Source of the DNA: the human T2T-CHM13v2.0 reference genome, Homo sapiens
Assembly: GCF_009914755.1 (NCBI RefSeq)
Contig: NC_060937.1
DNA: 64,000 bases
Reading direction: 5' to 3' (one strand)
The translations under genes and the position numbers were made by a program. Below are positions 15,301 through 32,574 of the stretch, piece after piece (position 1 is the first letter of the stretch; each line of letters starts with the position of its first letter). The notes below the pieces were generated by a model that was given only the letters and a program-made list of their open reading frames with translations, searched no databases and had not been told where the DNA came from.

Positions 15301-16966
15301 AACAGGTAGTTCTAAATGGATCATTTTCATTTGCTCACAGGTTAGAAACCAAATAAAATTTATTAAAATTACATCTAAAATAAATGATAAATAAAAACAT
15401 TCTGCAGGACTCTTTCAGGAGTCCAATACAAGAATCCTGTTGTTTGAATCAGTTAGAAAATCTGGGCTCTAACAGTCCAAGATTTCCTTCTTCAAATAAC
15501 TGTGGTCAAAGCCCTTCATGTACCTTGACCTCAGCTTTCTCATCTACAGTAAGGGCTACCACCCTCTGCCATACCTAATTTGCATAATTGTCCTAAGGCT
15601 CAAATTGCATAATGCTTAAAAATACCATGTAATTACACCAGGTTACAAGAAGGTAAAGTAGCAGCTGTATTTTTTATCATTATCATAGAAAATGACAACC
15701 ACCTATTTCAGCTTTATTCTATTCCTTGATGATGATCTACATTCTGCAAAATTAAAATTACTAAATGTGTTACACCACTTAAAAAACAGAGCTATAACTG
15801 AAGCTGTATCACTAAAGCAATATAGTAAATGTTCAGTAAATGCTGTTTGGATTAATGAATCAGTGTTTACTTCTATGCCCAGCACTATGTTAACATAACA
15901 GAAGTTGGAAAATTCATGATGTGTTCCCTATTTTTTGGTTGTTTATAAATTTCTACAAGACAATTTTAATATGTCAAACAAGTAGAAGACAATGCAATGA
16001 GGTGTCAAGGTTATAAAAAAAAGTCTAATTGTCTTCTTTCATTGAAGTACTGAAAATTCACAAGTTAATTCACTGGCTAACAATTTAAGTAACTCTTATC
16101 TTCACATTGAAAGTCTTAGACCAGCATTCTCATTTATTTCTAGCAAAAGCCATTAATTTCAAGCTAGTGAAAAAATGCCCTTCAGAGATAGCTTGCCTTA
16201 CTCACCAGCTTACTGTCACAAGCCCAAGATACTCAAACACTAACTCCAGCTGACAAAATAAAATACTCTTGTTCAGAGAGAGGATTGTCTCTTATAATAG
16301 CCTGGCTCTTACCCCAGGAGCTTTATTACCAAGAATAAACTTTATGAAAGGTTGCCATACATAAAGCAGACTTCCAGCTGCTCTTCTATGCAAACATCAA
16401 TGAGACTTATGATAAGAGAGATTAACTTGGCTATCACATCCAGGGGCTGCCGTAGACAAGTGAATTTCTCACCCACTTCTCTCTAGTATGGCAAAGAGGA
16501 AGAAAGGAGACTTAAATGCTAAATTAAAGAGCTTTAAAGTGATTTAACGTATGCCTACTGCTTTCAAAGGAAATAAGACAAATATGAATTATATGTTTAA
16601 ATACAGATTAAAATTTTAGCTTAAAATAAAAAATTTTGCTACTTTCCTAGGAAGGCAAGTTTCCATATCCCTCCCAAATTAGTACTGACAGCAGGTCTGA
16701 CACTACTGCAAACTGAGATGAAATAACCACGTAACCTTTATAATTATGGAAGGAAAACATCATAACTGCCCACAAGCTTGAAATAACATTATTTAATAAT
16801 CATACAGGCATAAATTAACTAAGAATACATCATTTTTTACACAAATTAGATATAATCTTTCCATAAAACTATCTGTAGAGAACCAAGTCTTTAAGATACT
16901 TCTGAAAGCCTTTAAAGAAAGCCTAATGTGTTGGTTACCTATATTTTTTAAAAATACACACAAATT

Positions 16967-18900
<1,934 letters not shown>

Positions 18901-19746
18901 TTTGACTTTAAAAAAAACTTTGGAGTCTTTCATGAGAATATTACATTTATCCACTATTCTCAAAGTGTACACACTATGAAGAGAGCAAAATCTTCTCTAA
19001 CTGAACAGCTATATCTGTTCCAATCATTCTCAGAAGATCAGTTATTTCAGTGGCTCCAAAAAAATCCAATTGCCAGGTTGCAGTGGGACTAGTTTTTGTG
19101 CTGGGTCAAATTACCCAAGGGGAAAGGAAGCAGAGAACTCAGTTCCCAAGTATGTGCTCATTCCTGAGAGAGGCAAGGGACTCTTGACCCTTCGCCTGCG
19201 CCGTCCCAGTGCCAACAAGCTACTTGTAGGGGGTGAGGGCAGGCCGCATAAATTCTACCCCAATACCAAAATCCTGGCTGGAATGATCACCAAACTAACA
19301 AGGGAAAGGCATTAGTCATAAATAGATAGATCTCAGAGTTACTAGTAATGTTCCTCAAGTTTAAATCCTGTCTGTCACAAGGAGCTGGACTCCTTTACTG
19401 CACACTGTCAAAATGAAACAAGATGTTCTTAAGTGAAATCTAAAATATGAAGTGCAACTTGATTCAGGGCATTGGGGGCAAGGATAATATTTCCAAGTAG
19501 CAGCCTCAGTTGCAAACCTTTTCTCTGCTATTTTTATCTAAGTATATCCACCACTTCTTTTTCCCCAGGCTATCGATGATGACCAACATTGGATAATGCA
19601 CATGGCCATTAGTTTGGAAGCAAATTCGAACAAATTCATAGAAATGACAAGATTACCATTATACAACTCGTGTAGACACTGCTGAAGCATCAGCATCTCA
19701 TGAACAAATCTTATAATATTTGGTAATATTATATTTGGTATATTTG

Positions 19747-20110
19747 AATATTATGGTATATTTGATTATAATATTTTATAACATTTAAATAATGATTATG
19801 AATATTTATGGCAACATGGAAAATACAGAATCAAATGAGAAAGCAAGGTACACCACATCTATATTATATACATATATTAAAAAAGACTAGAAGAAAACCT
19901 GAACAAATGAAAATTGCTTGACTGAGAGCCTTTTCACTTTTTTTATGTAGATATCCATTATTCTTGCTATAATGCTATTTGTGTAACAGAAAATATAAAT
20001 TGTTAATATTTATAAATACAAATAGCACACTTAACCACAGTGGGATTACCACTACTTATCAACTGGCTGACTTCATGGAAAATGCTTTTGCGGTCAATTG
20101 ATTTATCTAA
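19747..20110 (-). pseudogene. Intronic direct duplicate of the 3' 75 nt of XPO4 exon 4 plus ~290 nt of intron 4
   Basis: Aligns by eye (~90%) to 22177-22851 minus the Alu; donor altered to GTTAAGT; native acceptor not included. Confidence 0.93.
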
Positions 20111-20191
20111 AGCTCATGACATGCTGATCAGAAATGGAGACTATATCTACTACCACAATTTATATTACTCTAAGTAAAAATAGCTTCCCAT

Positions 20192-21073
20192 GGCCAGCCG
20201 TGGTGGCTCACATCTGTAATCCCAGCATTTTGGAAGGCTGAGGCAAGAGATCACTTGAGCCCAGGAGTTCGAGACCAGCCTAGGCAACATAGTGAAACCT
20301 CATCGCTACAAAAAAACTTTAAAAATTAGCCAGGAGTGGTGGCTTGTGCCGATAGTCCCAGCTACTCAGGAGAGACTAAGGTGGGAAGACTGAGCCCATG
20401 AGGTCGGGGCTGCAGTGAGCTGTAATCATATCACTGCACTCCACAGACTGCGCAACAGAGCAAGTGAGACCCTGTCTCAAAAAAAAAAAAAAAAAAAAAA
20501 ATAGCTTCCTACCCAGGTACAGTAGCCTGTACCTTAATCCCAGCTACTCGAGAGGCTGAGGTGGGAGGTGGGAGGATTGGCTGAGCCCAGGAGACTGAGG
20601 CTGAAGTGAGCTATGCACCACTGCATTACACCCTGTCTCTTAAATTTAAAAAAAGTAGCTCCCCATAATTTTCACCTCAAAAATTTAATATGAACCCTTC
20701 TTTCAAGAAATATTCCCACTTCATAAAATCAAAATGACTTATAGAATGTAAAGATTCAAACATATATACTTTCAAATTTATTAGTTTTATACAAAAATTA
20801 AATTTCACAATACTAAGATTAAGTAAAGGGGCCATAAAATTAAATTATTGGTCTTTAGAATGACACTATCCAATACGTTTGTCACTAACTATGTGTGGCT
20901 ATTTGAATTTAAATTAAAATTTAAAAAATTAGAAAATTCAGTTCTTCAGTCACCCTAGCCACATTTCACATCACCAACTGCCACAAGTGGCCAGTGTAGT
21001 GGCTACATATTGGGGAGCACAGACATAGAACACTTCTTTCAACACAGTAAGTTCTACTGGACAGCACTACTCT
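20192..21073 (+). mobile_element. AluJ (20192-20505), Alu monomer (20510-20650), MER33/MER3-like hAT (20860-21073)
   Basis: TSD aaaaatagcttcc; tagccacatttca...gtggctac...ggacagcact motifs. Confidence 0.8.
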
Positions 21074-22297
21074 TGAAATTTGCCACAAAAATGGCATAAA
21101 ACTTAATATCACACAATCAAAAATCAAGATGTAAATAAAAATGTTCTGTATCTTGACTATGGTAGGAGTTTACTGGTATACACAACAGTCACAACTTAAC
21201 GAGGTGTGCATTTTAGACAGACATAGTAATGCATGTAAATTACTTCTCAATAAAGTTAAGGAAAAAAAAGAACAAACACATGACCATTGATGAATTTCTA
21301 AGGAAAACAAAAAACACGTAGGGTATATATAGTAAGTTCCAAAGTCCTGATCAGCTTGCTTACAGATTCCGTGGGTCTAGACTCCTGAGTTATCAGTCTG
21401 CGGTCCTAAGCAGAGTGGAGGCAGATGGCTGGGAGAGTGAGTTGAGCGCATAGCTGTGTGCGGTGAAAAGTGATGGACAGGAAGGCAGAAGAGAAGAGAT
21501 CCAAGATATTGTGGAAAGCAAGGGACAATGTATGTGGCCCTCCTAAAATACACCACAGCATCTCAACCTCAAAGCATCAACTACATCGTTAAAATCACAT
21601 CCATTAACTGAGGGGCCACTGAAGACAAAAGGAATTAACAAACAGTTATAAGGTACATAGCCTCACATAGATATCTTTAAAATGATTAAATAAATTGTAA
21701 AGGTAATAAGCTACCCAAAATACTTAAAGATGTAATAATATCCGAGACTCAGAATGGCCAAGTATTACCAATCTCAATTCTATATGAGTTAAATATCATT
21801 CAGGTGATAAAAGTTGATAGGTTAAACAAAGAATCACAGCTAATCATTAATAGCAACCGCAACTCCTCCTGCCTCAGACAGAGTGATTACAACCAAACAG
21901 CCACTCTCCAGGCACAACTCCAGCTCTCTAAAAGGTGGACAGGAGAGTGGAGAGGGTGGGAGAACCATGCTTCCCAAACTAATTCAGCCAAGAACAATGA
22001 CCCCTAATTTGTTCAGTTGACAGTAACTCCTGAAGTCCCATGGCCTATTAGGACAGCAACTTTTAATTATTTTCATGTCAGATATTTTCTACTTTATTCA
22101 AACACTTCTGTATTCACTAGTAGCTGTCAAAGGTTTATTAGAAATGGCAAAACAAAGTTCAATAGAAACGGCTAACAATATTATGGCATATTAACTTATA
22201 ATATTTTATAACAATTAAAATAATGATTATGAATATTTATGGCAACATGGAAAATACAGAATCAAACGAAAAAGCAAAGTACACTGCATTTATATTA

Positions 22298-22716
<419 letters not shown>

Positions 22717-22776
22717 CTATTTGTGTAACAGAAAATATAAATTGTTAATATTTATAAATACAAATAGCACACTTAC

Positions 22777-22915
22777 CACAGTGGGATTGCCACTACTAAT
22801 CAACTGGCTGACTTCATGAAAAATGCTTTTGCAGTCAATTGATTTATCTAATGATCCTCTTTTTACAATTACTGCTACTGCTAGTAGAATCTGTTCCCGA
22901 ACATACTTTTGAAGG
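22777..22915 (-). CDS. XPO4: Exportin-4 coding exon 4 (139 nt), LQKYVREQILLAVAVIVKRGSLDKSIDCKSIFHEVSQLISSGNPTV
   Basis: Embedded in ORF 22717..23172; acceptor ttttacAG|C, donor GTG|GTAAGT. Confidence 0.97.
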
Positions 22916-23029
22916 CTGTAAAACATAAAAATCATTGTGAAAAATTTACCTAAATCTAATACAAGAATACTCCCAAACTTCTCTCTATGCCTGAAGCTAC
23001 TAATAACATTGCTTACATGTGAGAGTAGA

Positions 23030-24180
23030 AGAGCCAAAGGGTTATGTACAGACTCCAAAGCCAGGAGGCCTGGGTTCAAACCCAGGCTCCATTGTGGACG
23101 GGCTGTATGACCCTGGGCAAGACAGTTAGCATTCAGGGCCTTGGTTTTCAATCTGTAAAATGAGAATAACACTACTAGTGTTATTATAAGGGTTAAATGT
23201 TCCTAGAACTGTGCCCAGTACATACTAAGCACTATACAAGTGTTATTTGCTCCAGGAAGTGTTCAACAGATGTAAGTCAGCTCCCTGTTAAATATTTGTA
23301 GGGAAAAAAATCACTAAGATTAAGATTCCACTAGTCTGGAGATAAATTCTGATCTAACCTACGTCTACAACTACTAATCTAATCCTAAATCCCATTTCCC
23401 TTTAATGTGAAAAGGCAACATACTAGCTATCCGAGATACATCATTATGGAAACATAAAATTGTAAAACACACACACACAAACATTCAAAATGTTCATATC
23501 TAGGTTCTGTTCCTCCATGTGATGACAGAAGCACCCATCCCAAGTGGAGGCATTTTACCAAGCCCATTTGACCACAAGGGCACAGAAACTTAATTGACTT
23601 TTCACAATCTTTTCTGAAAGATAAGGATCAGAAAACATAATCCCAAACTTTATAATCTAGCCTCTGGAATCCCACAAAGATACAACCACCAAGTGCCCCT
23701 GGAATAAACCCAAACCCCTTAACATGGCTTATAAGCAGTGGGAACCATTCTAGCTTTCCTGGGACAGCCTCAATTCACCTGTTGCCCCAAATAATTATTA
23801 ATCGTTCTTTATTTCACTCTCAAAAGTGTCCCAGTTTGGAGACCCACCTATAGCCACCAGTGGCTGCTCCTCTCCTTGACTTCTGCCCTTCCACACACAC
23901 GCACAACTGCAGACATATTGACCTTTCAGTTCCTCACTCCACACTCTTTTGACTTCCAGGCCTCTGAACTTCTATTCCCTCTCCCAAGATTATGACGTCA
24001 CTTTCTCCAGAAAGTTATTACTAAGGGCTCCCACGGCACCCTCACATGACAGGACATATCTGTTACTACTGGTTCACTAGCTCCCAGATCAGCCACCCAC
24101 TCTATGCACACTAGCATATGCAAAGCACACTACCTGCTGCATAACATGCATTTATTAGATATTTATACAGATGAATAAAT
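23030..24180. mobile_element. MIR (23030-23250) and L2 remnant containing a MER94-like hAT element (~23738-23852)
   Basis: MIR core ctgggttcaaacccaggctcc...tctgtaaaatg; cactctcaaaagtgtcccagtttgga. Confidence 0.65.
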
Positions 24181-24595
24181 ATGTCTCCCTATCGTCAAGA
24201 CTGAAGTGAAAAAACATTCCTTCAAAACATACACTTGAACCATTTATCTTTCACTCATTAAGCAAATAAATGCAGAGATCCTACTATGCATAAGAATATT
24301 AGTTGGCCAAAGGGAATTTCTGTACTTTTAGGGGGACAGAATAGTTTCATAGGCACTGACTACTACTAGAAAATGTACATAAAGCTGAAGACTATGACTA
24401 CAAATGTACACAAACATAGTTTTAAATATCTCTACTGGCAAGAATTAAAATTATTATTAGAATAAATAATAGCTACCATTTATTGAATGCTTACTATATG
24501 CAAGAATTTATATGAACTGGTTTCACAAATATTAACACATCTAATCCCCATGATACTACTACTATTATTCACTCCATTTAAAAATCAAATCAGAA

Positions 24596-24906
<311 letters not shown>

Positions 24907-25739
24907 TTAATGCACAAAGAAGTAATCTGCCCAATGCTGCAGAGTTAAGTGGCAGAAGTAGGGTGCAAATCCCTTTCTTGACCACTATGCTACACTTGCC
25001 TCTTTCATAAAGGACATTGTGCATTTCACTGTATACAAATTTTATTTCAATTAAGAGGAAAAAATAAAAAAGAAAAAATTCTGTGCATGTAATGGGAAGT
25101 ACACATTATTTATGTAATAGTCTACTACATAGCCTATAGTATTCTACCTATGCAGTATGCCAAAAACGTTTAACTTGAATCTAATCCACACTGTAGGGCA
25201 TTCTACAAGATACAAATATCTGTGTCATGAAAGGCAAAAAAGAGCACACAATTATTCTAGATTAAAAGAGACATGACTAAATACACTGTACAATCTCTGG
25301 CTCACCTAGATTAAAAAAAAACCTACTGTACCTAAATAAAGCAAATATTAATAGATCTGAAGTGACAGACTGCAATACCAAAAAAAAAGTATAAAGGAAA
25401 AAGGATGTAAATATTATTCAGACAATTGGGAAACTCAGAATATGGAATCAGAATTGTTAGATCATATAAATATGCCAATTATATCAAGAGTATTGAGATT
25501 ATGCTTTCAGAAGAGACACGTTCAAGAACTTTAAGGCTAAAGTATCATGATGTCTGTGGCACTCTCGAATAGTTAAGGGTAAAAAATGTACATATACATA
25601 AGAGAGAAATTAAATGTGACAAAATGTTAACTGAGCCTCTACTGGAAAAAGGGTGTGTTTACCACCACATTCTGGCCTGGGCAACACAGCAAGACTCTCT
25701 CTCTTAAAAAAAATGTTTGAGATAAAAAATATGTATGTA

Positions 25740-27062
<1,323 letters not shown>

Positions 27063-28406
27063 TCAGGTTGGGGAATGGCGACAAGGGGGAGAAAAGGCTA
27101 TGACAACTAAACAGCTCCACAAAAAAGAACCGCTCTAGTTGACCTGAAGCTCCCCTGCTGGCCCTGACTCCATAAGGTAGTCTGGTCCAGATGATGACAG
27201 CTGCAGCAGCCAAAGCTTTTACTCCCCACCAGGCACTGTGCTCAGAACAATCTCATCTAATCCTGACACCAACCATATGAGATGGGTACCAAGTCCCTGA
27301 TCTACAGGTAAAACAGAATATTAAAGAGACTTTATGTTAGTTTCCCAAGGTCACATAAATAGACTGCTCTTCAGAAAACGCTAACATTTTAGGCCTAGAG
27401 GCCAAAAACAATTTTTTTAACCTTCCCACATATAAACTTCTATAAACACAGAGGCCCTAAGGCTTATTTTCTTTTATTACATAAATATAAATAAATATGA
27501 AGGTTTTCTCAACTTGTGTTCAACAACAAGCACACTATCATAATTGATTTCAAAATATTTTCGTAGGGTAAAGAAAAATACCAAAACAAATATCATTTTA
27601 GAATTCAACAAAACACGTATCTCTTCCATGGTTGCAATTGATAATATAAATTTTGATGTGTCTGAATTACATTGTGTGCAAAACAACAAACAAAATAACA
27701 AGCACTTGCTGACATTGTCAAGACCTCTACTCACCTGTACTTACCTTTCTTTATGTACAGAGGGGTCAAAAGACAAACAGTCCTGTCAGGTCTAGCAAAT
27801 ATGGTCAAATAAAAACAACAAAAGAGCAAACTAGTATCACATCCAAATGGACCCACCAAACAAAAACCAATCAATCAATCCAGCATGACAGAGAAAAGAA
27901 AGGTTTCAAACCAGGGACAAGACTTCCTTATTCTATGAAAACCAGAAAAAAATTAGCCATGTCCTCCTCACAAACATGTATATCCACTTATCTACAGGAC
28001 ACATTATCCACTAAACCTGCAACACTAATAGGCTACAGAACCTTTGCCTTTGTTCTCTCCTGTATTTTTTTTTTTTGTATGTAAGGCAGTTAGCAGTTAA
28101 CAAAGTGCTAAAGTCATGTCAGTATTATTAAATATTATTAACTCAGACTGCCAGGGTACAGTCAACAGAAACAAATGCATGACAGTATGCTCTAAAATTA
28201 AAATTTTATGTGTATGTTTATTGCCATTAATCACCATTCCTAAGCACACACATTTCTGATTACATAACAAAATTTTTTCTTTAATGACTTTGGAAATGAA
28301 CATCTAAAGTATTCAATTGCACAAACAGTAAACATACAAGTGCATTGTCTATTCTTAAAAGAATACATGGTCTTTGGGGAACTTAACAAAAAAAGGTAAA
28401 TAGTAA

Positions 28407-29765
<1,359 letters not shown>

Positions 29766-29855
29766 AAAGTTTTTAAAATGCAAACAAAAAAAGCTCTAAA
29801 AAGATACACATAAGCTCAGCAAAAGTATTTCAGCAGTCCCCCTCCATGTACTTAC

Positions 29856-29997
29856 TTGGGCCTTTGTAAGACATAGGTTAAAAGGAATGTTCGCAGAGAC
29901 TCGATGCTACCTTTTTCCAAGAGAATCCACTCTCGGACAACTGCTTCCATTATGGCTGTGGCAGCTTGAAAGAGGACATAGTCCACTTTACTAGTTT
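29856..29997 (-). CDS. XPO4: Exportin-4 coding exon 3 (142 nt), (E)TSKVDYVLFQAATAIMEAVVREWILLEKGSIESLRTFLLTYVLQRP(N)
   Basis: Read by hand (missing from ORF track); acceptor ttctcctcAG|AA, donor CCAA|GTAAGT; phases fit exons 2 and 4. Confidence 0.97.
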
Positions 29998-32278
29998 CTG
30001 AGGAGAAAATTAAAAACTTTATTTAAACAATAATTCATTTTACCTTGCACATTTTGCATTTATTAATTTTAAAACAGAACTTTTCAGACAAGGAATAAGA
30101 TGGTTACCTGTTCTTTTTTTTATCCAGTGACCTTGCTCTAGCACCACAAAGAGGTTAGTTCCTCTCAGAAGACACCTCAGGCAGGTGGCAGCTAATCACC
30201 GATCACAATTTTCACAAACTTTCCTCACCTCTCTTCAACTGTTACTTCCAAAGCATGAAGAACTAAAAAATAACACAGCTTTAAAAAAAATAAAAATAAA
30301 AATATAAAGCAATCAGAAAATTTCCTAAGATTCTCACCCTGTGCAAAACAGAACTTTGTATCTGAAAAACATTTTAATAAACTAGTCATTGAACATTACT
30401 ACCTGTGATGAGCCATGCTGTTAAAATATTTCATTTTTAAGTATTAAGCTTTCAGCAGGATGACCCATCTCCAATAGCAAGTTCAGAAATAAAAACAATC
30501 ATGTTTAGGTTTTCTTTCTCAAAATATAAAAAACAATATAAGTCACATTTACACAAGGTGAGAAGTGCTTGTGAATTTTCTGATTGCAGTACTGATCAAA
30601 CTGAGTAAAATCCCAAAGCTACACTTAGAAAGACCCAGCCTTAGCTAGCAAGTTATAGTATCTGATCTAAAATCTAAATCAGGGGAGAAAAAATAGAAAA
30701 TTAACACACTTTAAAAATGTTTTATATTAATTTTCTATTTTTTCCTTTATTCACCAATACCACTACAATCAGTTTCCCAAACAGCATTATCAACAGGGAG
30801 AAACAGTTGAAATGAAGTCAAGAAAAAGCAGAAATTTTCTGAGGCTCTAAAAAATAACCATCATGTGAAATCCATGAAAAGCTCATGATTAGACTCCAGA
30901 TTATTTGCCAAGATCACTGGACATGCATATCTGAAAGCCATGAGAAATTATCTCTAGGCATAGACTGGCACCTTCAAGAATATATCAGAAGAGCATGAAG
31001 ATATATACAGTCAAGCACACCATTTTCTCTCCTATTCAAGCTCAGGTCATTTAAAAATCTTACAAGTGTTCTTGACACATTTAGCTATAAAAATGTATGA
31101 GAAAAGGTGTACCCTATATAAATTCCTATCGTATTAGACTACTACACAGGAGTTTTGATCATACCAAAACCACTAAGAGAAACCAATTTGAACCTTTTTT
31201 TAAAGTTTTGATTATTCTATGCTATCTTAACATGAACTCTAATTGAGATGATAATCAGAATTGATACAAATTTAGAAACTTTAAAATATAATAAATAATT
31301 AAAATAAAGGAATAGCTTCTAAAAATGTGAACCTATTAGAAAAGATGTGTTTAAAACTCTAGGAGTTAAAAAAAAAGGGGGACCCAGTTCCATCTATTTA
31401 GATCACTTAAAGAGAAATATGGTACTGTCTCATAAAGGTAATTCAAATAATCTCTCATTATAAACCTCTTCTTAAAGAAAATGATGTTTGTTTGCCTATC
31501 TTCATTTTCTACTGCAATAGTAAAAATTTTAAGGACAAGAAACCGGAAATCCTTAACCATGGATTTCAACAATGAAGCAAAATCTAAGGTACTCTAAGAA
31601 TTTTAGTTATAGAACTCTGAAGACCATCTAAATCAATTCCTCCATTTTACAGGAGCTGAAGGATGCCCCAAGAGATAGAGAGGAAACTGAGGTCACATGG
31701 CTGGTAAATGTTCCTTGAGCAATACTAATCTACCCTGAAACACACATGCCACTGAAGATAGAGCGAATAAGCACTTTCATTGTTAATGATCACTGAAACA
31801 TTCCTAACTATTTGTTTTTACATCCAAGCCTTTTTCTGCCCTTTGGAGGTGGGTGGGTGTTGGATGTGAGAGGGCAGTTATAGAAGATGAATATTCAAAA
31901 TTTTCAAGACACAAAAGTTTCTTAATTCTTTTTCTTAGACCTCTGCATGGTATTAAATGATGATCTCTAAATGACTACTCCCATAAGAAGCTGACTCTAA
32001 GAATGGAGGAATAAAAAAAAAAAAAGCCAAATTCCTAATTTAAAAGAAGAAATTTTCCTAAACTAATAAATTACCCTTTCTCATAAAAACCATTATTAGC
32101 TGTCATAAATTTAACTTATACATAGTAGAAATATGCAAGAGATGCTAGAAGGTACTCTCGAAGCCTACCAGTATGAAATTAGAACTTCACAAATACATAT
32201 GAGCTTTACTTTCGCTCTCTGTTACAAAGATGCCTGAAACTACAGGGTTTTCATGAAGAACTCACAATTCATCTAGCA

Positions 32279-32574
<296 letters not shown>

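Noticed and set aside
21254-21268. Perfect U12 branch-site motif TTTTCCTTAAC (minus strand)
   Set aside because: Part of an L1 3' tail inside GT-AG intron 4; no U12 donor partner seen.
22717-23172. 151-aa ORF as a standalone gene
   Set aside because: Only 22777-22915 is exon 4; the flanks are intron and MIR read-through.
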